From assembly GCA_038496445.1 (NCBI GenBank), contig JALMLS010000322.1, positions 806,001 to 870,000 on the forward strand: 64,000 nucleotides of DNA, in the 5' to 3' direction. Of the stretch, positions 26,599 to 39,395 are shown piece by piece. The notes beneath the pieces are model-generated. The model was not told the origin of the DNA. It searched no databases and saw only the letters and a program-made list of their open reading frames with translations. Source of the stretch: Trichosphaerium sp. ATCC 40318 (lineage: Eukaryota; Protista; Tubulinea). Numbering within the stretch: position 1 is the first letter of the stretch; every line of letters begins with the position of its first letter. The position numbers and the translations under genes were made by a program.

Positions 26599-27735
26599 TT
26601 ATGCTGTAATTTTACTATAGTAGTAACTTGGTATAATTGTGTGTACACCAATCAATGATCTTATACCCGCCTCTGTTATTGCTCTACATCCATCCAAGAT
26701 GATAGTATGCACACCAACCAGAGCTTTCAGCCCTTTGTCTGTTATAGCTGTACATGCTAATTTAATTGTATGTACACCTACCAATGCTTTCAAACCTTCA
26801 TCTGTGACTCTTGTGGATGATAAATCAATCTCATGCACACCTGCCAACGCTTTTATGCCTCTATCTGTTATTGAATCACAAGCGTACAAATTGATAGTGT
26901 GTACACCAATCAGAGCTTTCAGCCCTTTGTCTGTTATAGCTGTACATGCTAATTTAATTGTATGTACACCTGTCAAAGCTATTAACCCTTCATCTGTCAC
27001 GTTTGTGTATCCTAAATTAATTGTGTGTACTCCTGCCAATGCCGCTATGCCTCTAGCTGTTACTCTATTATTTTTAAGTGAGATTGTATGGACACCAGAT
27101 AATGCCAATAAACCTTCATCTGTTACATTTGTTTGTGATAAATCAATCTTATGGACACCAGCCAATGCTCTTATGCCTTCATCTGTTACTTTATTCTGTG
27201 AAAGGTTGATAGTATGAACACCTGCCAATGCTTTGAGACCTTCATCTGTTACTTTCGTATGTTCAAGGTCGATAGTATGAACACCTGCCAATGCTTTGAG
27301 ACCTTCATCTGTTATTTGGAGGCATGCGTATATGCTGATAGTATGGACACCTGCTAGACATTTGATTCCAGCATCTGTTACATTACTACAATAGGAAAGA
27401 CTGATTTTGTGTACTCCTGAAAGCAGAGGTAAGATGTCATCAGATACTTCTTCGGCAATTCCCGTCAAAGAAATATGCGTGTTCTGAAGTAAAGGGCTTC
27501 CAGAAAGTAGGTACAGCTCACTTTTGCTTAAAACAAAAATAATATTGTATCCAACGTGCTTGTGGACAATATCTCGCAGCAAGCGACATGTTTGAGCTGA
27601 TCTCAGAGTAAATGTGCTGCATTTCAGAATGAGAACAATAATTTCAACTGGAAGAGAGATAAGGTCGATTGTATGCGGTTGGAGAGATCCGATGTCCTTT
27701 GGCTGTTTAGTAGATTGGTTTGTTCTTTCTTCCAT
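26599..27735 (-). CDS. Intronless F-box-like + LRR protein, paralog 2
   Basis: LISLPVEIIVLIL; about 12 LAGVHTIxL repeats; internal near-duplicated repeat blocks. Confidence 0.87.
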   Translation of the reverse strand: MEERTNQSTKQPKDIGSLQPHTIDLISLPVEIIVLILKCSTFTLRSAQTCRLLRDIVHKHVGYNIIFVLSKSELYLLSGSPLLQNTHISLTGIAEEVSDDILPLLSGVHKISLSYCSNVTDAGIKCLAGVHTISIYACLQITDEGLKALAGVHTIDLEHTKVTDEGLKALAGVHTINLSQNKVTDEGIRALAGVHKIDLSQTNVTDEGLLALSGVHTISLKNNRVTARGIAALAGVHTINLGYTNVTDEGLIALTGVHTIKLACTAITDKGLKALIGVHTINLYACDSITDRGIKALAGVHEIDLSSTRVTDEGLKALVGVHTIKLACTAITDKGLKALVGVHTIILDGCRAITEAGIRSLIGVHTIIPSYYYSKITA

Positions 27736-28154
27736 GTTCTAGCGTAAAGGTTGTATACACAATTAAAGCCCTCAATGGAAGGGTTTGCAGTACTGTTTGA
27801 AACTGATACGAGGTACTTTGACCAAAAATATGACACGTGACAATAAAACGTGAAAAAACTCATAACTACTACGACATTAGCGTATGCAATAAAAATGTTA
27901 ATATGACGTGAGATACGTGACATAATATAAGCTTTGTTGGGTTAAAAGTAATCTTTGCAAGTTTAGGACTGTGGTGTTCCCCGAATTTTGTTAAATTTCT
28001 GGTTATTTATGTATCATACACACTATGCTGCATGCTCTCGTGAATACCCTAAACCCGTACTTGCATCTACCACATCTAGAACGTATAGAAGCGCGGTATC
28101 AAGATTATAAAATAACAAGAAGTCACAGACCAATTTATTTAAAGCGTTATATAA

Positions 28155-30271
28155 ATGAATGGACCATTTGCGCGCGTGGTACGGTATTATAATAGGTATT
28201 AGTAATTTCTAAATGGAAATACAGAATTATGCCGCCAGAAATACCTTAAAGAAGTATTAGAAAGTCTAAAAGTGCTACCTACGAAGAGTTTGTTTCAATT
28301 CGGACAAGATAATGCGTTAAAGGTATTATATTGCTTTTAACACGATATATTCGCATGTGGAAGTATACCTCATACTCTTTAGTGCTGTTTGGCAGCTTTT
28401 CGCCAAGGAAATTTAATTGACAGCCCTGAGTCACTTGAAACGCTTGCAAACGTTATTCTTTTGATGAAAGTCGAAGTACGTTATCAATACAGACCATTTC
28501 GCTAACATATAACTCAAAAAGTACATGGAATACGGCATTCTAGAACTATTGTCCTTTTTTGGTACATAAACGACTCTCAGTACAAAACACATACTCATCA
28601 CTGACACTAGGAGAAGAAGGCTTTGACTTGACAGCAATTCCTGTATTTTTACGGATACTGTAAGTGAAAAAAACCCATCGCAACAACTTATACAAATTCA
28701 TCAATTCAAAAAAAAGCTAATTTGTTCATTCAAGGCGTTCTATTGGAGAGAATGCAAAGTTTAAGACTACCAATGCATTATTTGCGCGTCATGTTGCTGT
28801 TTCAAAGCTTACTGGACCTGCTGGTAGTGGTATTATAAAAGGGACTTTAGGCGTTTTAGAAGCAGCTGGGATTATATTAAAAAGTACTCCTACTCTCTTT
28901 TATTTGGACGTTGTGCCATCTCTCATCACGTGATTTTTAGATGATGATGAACCTGATTTTCAGTTTGCTGAAACTCAGATTCGTTATGGGCATGCCCATG
29001 ATAAGCATAGTGACTACTTTGTTGCTTGGTTGGCTGAGGTTTGTCGTTTGGTTTTTTTTTTAGACGATTACTAATATTTTTGGTTCAAGATTTTGGTCCG
29101 ACAAGGGTATCCTGAACAGGCTTTGGCTGTGTTAAAGCAATACTGGTTATCTCATCAAGCAAATCCAAACGCTTATAGGTACGTTATAATTTTTTACGCG
29201 TCACATGTGACATGACATATCGTCAATCGCTTTTTTAATGTACTCTAGACTATTTTGGACTTGTATTCATAAGACAAAAACAAGGAAAAAGTCGATGGTA
29301 CAGCTCATGAAAGTTCTATGTAAAAGATCACTGAAAATGGACCCTGGTTATCATAGACCTATGATAATGTACGTGCATAGCCAGTAAACACATTATTGGA
29401 TTTTGATTGAAAAAAAAATATGACACTTTTGTGCCTAGTGCAATCCTCTTTTTACACTGTTTTATATGTTAACATCCCTTTTATGCATGCCCATATTTTC
29501 TTGCAAGTTCCATTATATGCGCTTGTGTTTCTTATTTTTTTCTTAAAGGCGTGATGTTACTAAAATTAAGACAAAAACGACGTTCAAGAAGATTCCTGTT
29601 TTCAGCTTTAAAATGGGTACAGCGAACACAAAATTCGTTTTTTGTTACCAATGAAAACTAAATAACTTGTTCGCATAGGTCTCGATTTTAATACAGCACT
29701 GAAGATTGCTATAAGACGTGTTGAGAGTTTTCCTTTATTGTTTAAAAGATGGAATGAGTTTATCGAAGTATTACTTTGTGCTGTACAAAATGAAGACGCT
29801 GTTGTTGTCCGTACACAAAGAGTGGTACTTCATGATCATGTAAAAGAGAGATTAGATTGGTGGAAGTATAGTTTGTTCAATGCAGACAATATCTTTGATA
29901 TAGGTACGCCAAGACGAGCAACAAAATTCCTTTCAAAAAACAAACCACTTCGCGTCGTTACACACATTCACTGAGACGTGTGTAATTTTATTGGCAATAG
30001 TGGTGTATCTATCCTTGTTGAAACAAGCTTTTATTTTATTTTTCTTTGTATACATTGCCAGCAAGTACCTTGTTTTTGTTCATTTTTATTCTTGTAATGA
30101 CTTTTTTTTGCAGCTGATAAAGTTCTTGTGCTACGGTGCAATGCATATAAGTTGATTTATAATGAAGAAGGTGATTTTATAAAAGCAGTAAAGAACATTG
30201 TCGGTAAAGAAAAATATAACAACCTTTCACACAATGCATGTAAAAAATGGATAACAATAATAAATGAATAA
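28155..30271 (+). CDS. Probable TAF1A-like (RNA Pol I SL1 subunit A) helical-repeat protein, multi-exon; 5' structure uncertain
   Basis: Spliced DYFVAWLAE|ILVRQGYPEQALAVLKQY ... NPNAYR and KERLDWWKYSLF resemble recalled TAF1A segments (D.FV..YVEML...G....A..VL..Y ... NPNAH; R..WW...F). Confidence 0.5.
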
Positions 30272-30482
30272 CCTATGCTCTTTAAACATACAACACCAAG
30301 ATGTCTTTAATACTCACGCGGTCTCAAGTTCTAGAGAAGCACTTTGACTAAATCACGTGATTATTCTTTTGACAGTTTGGTACCATTCCGAGCTACACAG
30401 TGTACTACCCATCATAGTCAATACTTAGTACGTGCTTACAAACAAGAGAAGTTCCTCAACCAACGAATCACCAATACTACTA

Positions 30483-33073
30483 ATGGCAGAACCAACAACA
30501 ACAAGAGATCCTGCCAAATCTTTCCGAGTAACATTGGACATTCACAGCGCCAGTAATCTAAAACCGATTGATAAATCAGGTTCTTCGAACCCTTACATCG
30601 TTTGCTATCGCATGTCGGATAAGAGACACCAAGCTAAATCACATGTACGCACCGAACTTGAAAGATTACTACTACGTGACCCTTGGAAACCTGAAAAAAC
30701 ACACGAAGTTGTTTTGCGATGTCTAGGAATTGAAAAATCTGTAGTCTTATTTCCCTCGAAGGTTGTCGAACAATCTCTAAACCCTACATGGGATTTCAAA
30801 TGTAATATTGTCGCAAATGGACTTGATTTCATTATTCTGAGCGTGTGGTATAGCTCAATTTACTCTCTTTGATTTTTTCTTTTCTGCTTTTTTTAACATT
30901 TGTCTTTAGGCACAAATCCAAGAGCGGAAAAAAGTGTTTGGGAATATCAAGGCTCCAAACTTCCATAATTACCGAATCAGAACAGCATATGACAATAGAA
31001 CTAGAACCTCAAAGCAAGAAGGATAAAAATATAACTGGAACTGTATCATTCAAAGCGAAAAAGACACACGATGTTTTCATTATAAAATCTTCAGGAACAA
31101 AAATCGAAAAGCACGTGATAGTACCTCTTCTGACAGGAAACATTGAATCAATCTTAAACGAGCTTCATCCAGAAGGAAGGGAACTATGCTCAAGGACTGG
31201 GCTACTACATATGCGATACGTAATTTTAAAACACTATAGTGCTCTTAAAGCAGGGTCTACGATGAGAAAATTGACCATGAGTAGTAGTCAAGGAATGAAA
31301 GTAAGGAAAGAGTGTTATTCCTATAAGTTTGAGCTAAAGTCATTGATATTCACTTGCGTTTGGGTCAACAAAGAGCTAACAACTCTGAATCCTCACGCAA
31401 AAGAACTTCACTCAATGTACAACAACCCAATACCGATCGCTATATATGCAGATTTCGCTCGGGATACTCTACAACAAGCAGAAAAGGGTGAATATTCTGG
31501 GTTTATGATGGATCCAGCTGCTATTACAAAGGTAATGTCACCACTCAAGGGCATGATGTTCTCTCATAAATACAAACAAGAACAGGTCGTGAACCCACCG
31601 CCAGACCAAGGTATGCCTGGGTGCATTGTTGTTGTCAAATTGAGGGCTAGAAACGAAGAAAAGAAGAGTATGAGTGTAAATGTTTCGCTCTATTTGAAGC
31701 CTTTCACAGTTTTTATCAAGAGCTTTGAAATCGTATGAACTCTTTCTAACTTGACATGGGAAATCATTTTACAAATAAATTACGCTTATTGTTGATTGCC
31801 AGTCGTAGATAAACACCTGAGAACTTGGTAGTTTACATTATGTGACGTCATGACTTGTGACTGTTAAGTGAGTTTGGAAACAAAACCGTTAGGTAAGTAC
31901 CCGCAACATTAGGTAACAGAAAGAGCTAGGATGAACCCATTACCTTTGCTTAATACAGCGTTACTATTCGCTCGGGCTTCGCCCGAACAGTACGCTAAAA
32001 TAAATACAATGGTGGTAGAGAGTCTACAAGAAGCAACAAGAGCGATGCCTGAAATCATGGAAAGCCTCAGAGGCACGTGAAACAGCGAAACGTCTTTTTT
32101 TTTGTTTATTGTTTTTCGGTTTTACCCAAATCTATTTTTTTCTAATACTGCAAATATCCCTTTATTGCGATACTTTAGGTTATGTATTATATTAACTAAA
32201 TATTGTAGCTGTACAAAAATTAAGTGCGGAGAAAAAAATGGGCTGGCAGTTGCGTGCTGCGAGGCGCGGAAGGCATATAAAGCAGTTTATTGCTGTACGC
32301 ACGTGATACAAGCTTAAATTGATAATGATCACAGGAAAAAGATAAAATGCATGTTAAAGTATTTAAGACAATCATGAAAGAGTTAAACGTTATGCAGCGG
32401 GTGCGTTTGGAGCTCTAGGGATTTTTTAAATACTAATTGTTTTTTTGGATTTGTTTTTAGGGTAACTTCATGTTGTTTCTTGGTGCGCACGTGATTGCTT
32501 TATCAAGGGACGATATTGGTCCTGTGTCAATGATATTAAATGCTATAACTTCAGTAGAAGATCATCTAAATATGACAACAAAGCTACTCGCAAAACGAGA
32601 GACTTTCGAATCGGTAAAGCTCATTTTACCTTTTTATTTTATTTTTTTTTCTCCAATTTCGCTTTTCCTCTTGACGCTCTTTACATCACGTGAACACCAC
32701 CAAGATCATCCATACTAACGTAAAAAACTAGTCATTACGGGATCGCATGGAATCTATAGAAGTACAAGCAAAGACAATACTATTACGTCTACATACAGCA
32801 CTTATAGAGAATAATGAAAAAGAGGTTACAAAGGCAACAAAACAAATGATGGAAATTCACGATAACGTCACAGAAATCAAAACAGCTTCATTAAGAGACC
32901 TTAAAAAGACATTTGAGAGCAAAGAGCAAAGAGTATTGATATTAATGTCTTTCATAGAGCAAGAAAGAGAGTCAGAGGTCACTTTTATAAAAAGAAAAAG
33001 TGTTGATCCTGAAGAATCTTCAGAAACATCTAGCGAAGCTTCCTTTAATAGTAGAAATATTTATTTCACGTGA
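30483..33073 (+). CDS. C2-domain protein with helical/coiled-coil C-terminus, multi-exon
   Basis: VTLDIHSASNLKPIDKSGSSNPYIV ... SKVVEQSLNPTWD ... LSVW|HK ... CLG; downstream exons can be joined in frame, including a GC donor at 32073. Confidence 0.7.
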
Positions 33074-33702
33074 TAGAACAAGAAAAAGAGTATTTGTCCC
33101 CTAAGGGGTTTTAAATAAAACAGTTTAAACCTACATGAGCGGATGGACGTGAAAACAAGTATTGTTTGTTGTAAAATACATACTTTGAAGATGGCAAGAA
33201 ATAGAATGTTGCATTAAGCTTCAGAACGTGCTCTTCACCACCTTGGATTTAATGTTGCGTTCTGAGAAAAGATTGCTTAGTTTGAAATGGTAAGAGTTAC
33301 GAAAATCAATTACCGAAGATGAGCTCCAAGTGCGTGCAAGCCCCGACATTAAAAAAAAAGACAACTGTTGCTGGTGGTTTTAACGTTATTACACCCGTCT
33401 TACTGTTTGGATGCTACCAAAGTGCTTTTGTTGCGTGTGGTAGGCGCTAGTAAGCTATACACGTACCGTCAGAGGCGACATGGGGTATCTCAGATTGGCC
33501 CTCGAAGTCGACTTGTTCACAAGGCCTAATAGGTCACTGCTATTCGCAGTAACCTTGGGTTGAGATTTTGGTGGCCAACGTGTTGTTGGAGCATTGACTT
33601 GAGAAGACTTTGCAAAAACTTAACGTATTGCAATATCATATATTTCTAGTTTATTTAGCAAACTTTAGGCCTCCTTTAATTGTACAACCTATTCGCTAGA
33701 AC

Positions 33703-34670
33703 ATGGAAGAAAGAACAAACCAATCTACTAAACAGCCAAACGACATCGGATCTCTCCAACCGCATACAATCGACCTTATCTCTCTTCCAGTTGAAATTAT
33801 CGTTCTTATTTTGAAATGCGGCACATTTACTCTGAGATCAGCTCAAACATGTCGCTTGCTGCGAAATATTGTCCACAAGCATGTTGGATACAATATTATT
33901 AAAATTAAAAACAAAAGACAGCACCTACTTTCTGGAAGCCCTTTACTTCAGAACACGCATATTTCTTGCGTTTGCTTTCTGGAGTGCGCAGAATCAGTCT
34001 TGCCTTTTGTAAGAATATAACAGATAGAGGTATAAAAGAGCTAGCAGGTGTACATGATATTAATTTATCATTCACATATGTTACAGATAAAGGTTTGAAT
34101 GTGTTGGCTGGTGTACACACTATAAATTTATGGGGTTGTGATTCAATAACAGATAGAGGGATAAAGGCACTGGCAGGTGTACACACTATTAATTTAGAAA
34201 GCACAAGAGTGACAGATGAAGGTTTGAAAGCGTTGGCTGGTGTACATACCATCAACTTGACTGCATGTGATGGCATAACAGATGATGGTGTTATAGCATT
34301 GGCTGGCGTTCATACTATTAATTTAACCAACTCAATTAATGTGACAGATGAAAGTTTATGGGCATTATCTGGTGTCCATGCAATCTCACTTTCACAGAAT
34401 AAAGCAATAACAGATGTAGGTATAATAGCATTGGCAGGCGCTCACACAATCTCTTTACAAAACACAAATGTAACAGATGAAGGTTTGTTAGCATTGACTG
34501 GTGTACATACGATTAATTTAGCATGTACAGCTGTAACAGATGAGGGGTTGAGAGCTCTGGTTGGTGTGCATACTATCGACTTGTATGGATGTAAGGCAAT
34601 AACAGAGGCGGGTATAAGATCATTGATTGGTGTACACACAATTATACCAAGTACACTGCTACCAAGGTAA
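33703..34670 (+). pseudogene. F-box-like + LRR paralog 3, frameshifted by a 37-nt deletion at about 33966
   Basis: Near-identical N-terminus to 26599-27735; lacks the LTGIAEEVSDDI codons plus 1 nt, so the LRRs continue in another frame (ORFs 33703-34020 and 33966-34670). Confidence 0.8.
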
Positions 34671-35239
34671 AATAACGGCATACTACCAAATAAACCGAAA
34701 CACAGACTTGACTACAAAAATAACATGGGGAGAAACTATCCTCAATAAAACACTAGTAACGTTAATAGTTGGCGCCAACTAACTTTACAATTTGTAGCAT
34801 TTTGTGACTTTACTTAATCAGTTGGCGCTACAACATAGAGCGTTATGTGAAAAAACGACAGCCTGTTACTGTTGTGGGGCATTTTGGTTACTTGTGGGCT
34901 AATCAGGAGGCATCACTCCTTTTTTTACTCAAGGAGGTTTTGGGTTCGTTTCCGCTTTGTATAGTGGAGTACAGTATCTCACTACGCGTAGGGGATTAAA
35001 ACTACACAAAATGAGCAAAAAGTAGACGAGTTTTTAAGTTTATTTGTAGAATACTGTCTATCGTGTTTTAAGGGGTTTCCTACATAGATATTGAATGTTC
35101 GGACAATAAATTCTATACAATATAAGCCAAAAAAAGACTATTTACCCTTTCTTTACTAACAAACGCCTCAGGCAACGCGTCAAAGGCGTTTCACTCGATT
35201 TAGCGTGTTACCCTATGCAAGTCGCACTACAACTCGAAT

Positions 35240-35500
35240 GGGGCCATAGTTTTTTCCGAATTTTCCGAAAACAAAAATTCGAAAAAATAGAATTCGTAGA
35301 AAGATGCATAGCTAGGGCAGTCCACTAAACTAGAAAGCGCCTGGTTCACTTACGGTCGGGTCCTCGCTGTGCTCGGAACTAGAACCCGACCTTCGCTCAC
35401 ATATAGTGATCCATTGGTGGGTATAGGCATTCGGTTTTTGTATCGAATTCTATTTTTTCGAATTTTTTCTTTCGAAAAATTCGGAAAAAACGTGTGTCCG
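35240..35500. mobile_element. MITE (non-autonomous DNA transposon), 261 bp
   Basis: About 48-bp near-perfect inverted repeats (35249-35296 / 35444-35491), each 9 nt from the element end; exact 8-bp direct repeat ACTCGAAT at 35232-35239 and 35501-35508. Confidence 0.85.
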
Positions 35501-35675
35501 ACTCGAATTCCTCCTAAACATTACGATAACACACCAAAACACTGATAATCCTCTCAAAATGTCTGTATTAATCTTTCTCTGCCTTAATTGCACGTGATCA
35601 GACCAAAAACGTCGTGAAGCATTCAGTTTCCATTTTTATAAAATACTACAGGTTATACTTGCTTCCACTACTACC

Positions 35676-36577
35676 ATGACAGAAGCACCTTCAACAAAGC
35701 TTAGACTATCTTTTGAGGACATTGGCGCTCCTGAATATAAAGAGAAGAAGACTACAGGTACTGCAAACCACGTAAACACCTTTGGCTTACGCGATACTAT
35801 TAAGAGTGCTATCCTGTACGCTCACAACTTTGTTGCAGTAAATCTAGTGTGCGTTCCACAAGCTAGCTTGTTAAACCGTATTGACAAACCTCATTAGGAG
35901 CCAGTAAAGAAGAGACAAACGAAAAGGCGCCAAAGAAAGCAACGAAGACTTGCAGATCATAAAATAATAGTATCGCCGCTCAGGCGTAGGTCTAGTCAGT
36001 CCTTATGTAGCCCAAAAAAGGTTAAGAGGCGCGATCATGGGCCTTCTAAAGGAGGTAGCCTTCCATTAGTTAAACCATCATCACAGCAAGGTATGGTATC
36101 TACAACAACAGCCTTTTGAGTATTAAACGAACATCTAGCTAATCAGAGCAATGACGAAAAAAAAACTGGTTTAAGGAACTTGGTATCTAAAATGTCTCCA
36201 AAGAAAAAGAGATCGTCATCGTACGTTAAAACCATTTAAGTTTTCTTTTTTAGTCGCTTAAACGGCTTCGATGATTAAGTCATGTTCGCTAAAAAAAATA
36301 TGTTAGAGCACCGGCTAAAGTAGATAAAGCAATGGTCGCAAAACATGGCGATTCATTCGCTCTTCGTAAGATAAGGTCTCTATCAAGCAAAAGGCTTCGT
36401 CCAGTTCGAATAACGTCTCCAGATCAAACAAGAAAGACAAAGACAAGTCGCTCTAATAGCCCTTGTAGAAACAAACTACGTGCTTTAAGGGATTCTGGAT
36501 CAAGCTTGTCAGACGAAGAAGCATTTCAACAGTTTGCAAGAGATATCTACTCGCGTAAACAAAAAAACAAGCGTTGA
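35676..36577 (+). CDS. Small Lys/Arg/Ser-rich low-complexity protein of unknown function, multi-exon
   Basis: ATG 35676, GT-AG introns, basic exons (KKRQTKRRQRKQRRL; KTKTSRSNSPCRNK), stop at 36575-36577. Confidence 0.55.
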
Positions 36578-36821
36578 ATACTTGATACTGTAATGGGAAC
36601 TTTTTTTGTATCATTAACCCAATAAAATGTACTTTTAGATCAAACACTTATCTCCAACGCAGGTAAAGCCGTGTTTCCTCGAGTTCTCTAAGTAGCTGGT
36701 ATCACATCTTGCTTCTGGAAGGCGCTTGGTCTGAATAGTACCAGTGAACGCACATGTGCTAGAAGAGTACGATCTGTACCACAAACTGTTGCAATTGCTG
36801 TCGTTTGAGTAAAATTGTTTA

Positions 36822-38919
36822 TTATTTCTCTGCAGCTTTTGCTTTTTCTTCTTGTTCTTTCTTTATTCTTCCCGCTTGCGACCAGTGAATTGGATCTTTA
36901 TATGTGCATTTCCACCACTAGAAAGGCCAAGTTAACCGCAAACCACTAAACAACCAAAAAATAAATAACAAAAACAAACCTTATCAACATCACCATACAA
37001 CTCTTCGCTGAAGTCTACCTTTTTTTGCATAGTAATTAGCCTTCTACAATACCCACCTGATAAAACTTGCTCAGAATTTGCTATTATATCGAACATAGGA
37101 TGTGTAGGTAAATCACTGGGTTTATACCTGAACAAACATTAGCTCCAAACTCATTCAAACTTTTAAAAACGTACTCAATAGTTGTCGGTAGCCAATACAC
37201 TAAGCGACCGCCAGTAACGAGTGCATACGATGCAAAGTACAACTACAAGATGAATTAGATGACAGTTTCTCTTGTACTTTGGTACATACGAGGTCTTTGA
37301 GTACTTCAACCATGGTGTAATTGAGGAGTTGACTCATGTGATTATGACGGCTGAAAGAAAAAAAAGTAAGAAAAAATAGGTTTCGGAAGCTCAATAACTT
37401 ACTGCTCGTCTGGGATGACACCTGTGCCATTTTTCCATCCAACTTTTTTAGCACCAGCACGTACGCCATAAGGAGCTTTTGAAAAGATATAAGGGAGATG
37501 CACGTAGCGATAAAATATCAAAGAAAAGCTACATACGATCACATATAATAGCATCAAAAATCGGCCTATCATTTCTCCAACAACATCTTACAATTGTGTA
37601 AGACAAGGAAAAATACCAAAAAAAATACTAACATACCTTGTATTATCATTACGGATAATGTCACCGAAATTGTTTGTGAGTTTGTATTGTACAAAGTTAG
37701 ATTTGACATCTCCTTTTTTTTTAGTTCCTCTTAAAACACGAATATCAATATCTGTGCCAAACACCATCGCCCCAAAATGTGCGCATGGTATAAGAAGACT
37801 ACCTATTATATAATTTAAATAACATAAAACCTTGAATATTCAATCAGTATTACGAACCTGTGCCAACAAAAGGATCTAGAACCAAATCATATTTTTTTAC
37901 CTTTCAATTTGTTAGTCAACTTGATTTTTTCCGCACCCGTACCTGTCCTTGGTTTGCAGATATCAAAGATAGTTCATTATCCATAGAAGTAGTTCCAAGA
38001 TAATTTCTTTTCTTCAACGTAAAAGTCTCAACCAACCCACGTGCAGATTCTCCAATCTTCGTAAAGTTAACAAAAAAATACAAAAAAATCGATAAGCACA
38101 GTTACCTGACGTGCAAAGTAAACATATAGTATAGGATCAGTTCTTTGAGCAAGTTTTCCAACAAATTCAAGTATCCAGAAAGTCTCCTAATAACTCTTAT
38201 TAACACGACTTTGAGCAACAAACTTTCTTCATTAAGAGAAAAAAATAAGAATTACTATCAATGTACTTTTGGATTTTTCATTCTTATTTTGCCTTTCCAA
38301 CCAATCCATTTAAAACGCTTCATTATCTCTAACTGAGACGGATAATCATACTTTCTACCATAGCTATCTACTACAAACTTATACGTATTGTCAGGAGACG
38401 AACACTGTGCTGCATCTGCCTGAGAAAAAAAGTAAATGACTTGGGCTTGAAAATGTCAATGTTGTACTTCGTGGCTTGCTGTGAATGTTTTAATAGACTC
38501 CATAACATCTGGGTACGTTTTTCCATGACCCCAGACCTGGTATATGGCTCTTAAAACCAATGTAAGTAAAGTTTGTTATTTTTGAAGCAGAAGTCGTTCT
38601 TACTTTATTGTAACGCTTCTAGATGCTAATTTTTTTGCATCTTCAATGCTATGCAGGCCTAACATCATGAATGGCGACTAAACAATGTGTTATTTATCAA
38701 ATTACGTATATACGCACGAAATACATATATTTGGCGTTCCAAGGCATACCTCAGCGTCTGGCTCGTCTTTAATTTGTATTTCGACATTTAGCAGTCTAGC
38801 GACCGCTACAACCTCAGGTACGCGAAATTCAACGTGCCTAGAGCCGTTAGCGAATTATGACTCGTTTTGTAAAGAATTCTCTCGCACGTCGAGGAGAAGT
38901 ATACTAGAAACAACTCCAT
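36822..38919 (-). CDS. TRM11: tRNA (guanine-10-N2)-methyltransferase Trm11, multi-exon
   Basis: HVEFRVPE, LKKRNYLGTTSMDNELSL, VLDPFVGT|GSLL, FGAMVFGTDID, FDAIICD|xPYGVRAG, RRLITMQK. Confidence 0.92.
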
Positions 38920-39395
38920 GCCAGTACCGTTTATTATTATTAGTTGCTACAGTACGGACTTGACTTAAAGTCTACGGCAGCTAAGTAACTCATTCAAACA
39001 GTTGTTTTATTTCTCAGAAGGTATTGGTTGTGTAACATACAACACGTCATTAATTGGAGTATAGCACGCGTCAGATACTATTCAGCTAATGGTCGAACGC
39101 AACGCAGAGCTAATGCTGTATAGATAGCCTTACATGGTTCATTACCACACGTCTTTGTTATATTCCTCTTTGGCTATTTGTTGTGCAACACAGTGACACT
39201 CAGTAACTCCTAACATTACCGTTCTCATACGCTTGGCAGCTTAAATACTGGAAATCCACAGCGATAAATACTCCTTCTGGATTGTAGCTGATACTAGAGT
39301 ACGTTCTTTTCGTTAGTTAACGCATTAATAGCATCTTATCACGGAAAAGTAACAACAAAAAGATCAACTGCAAGTATTAATTTTTATTGGTGAGC

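Noticed and set aside
31968-31990. REP/Helitron-like hairpin CGGGCTTCGCCCG
   Set aside because: Falls inside an in-frame exon of the C2 gene (FARASPE); single copy.
33220-33640. Minus-strand exon-like segment with a GTACGT donor upstream of LRR paralog 3
   Set aside because: No start codon or recognisable domain could be joined; may be a truncated gene remnant but unsupported.
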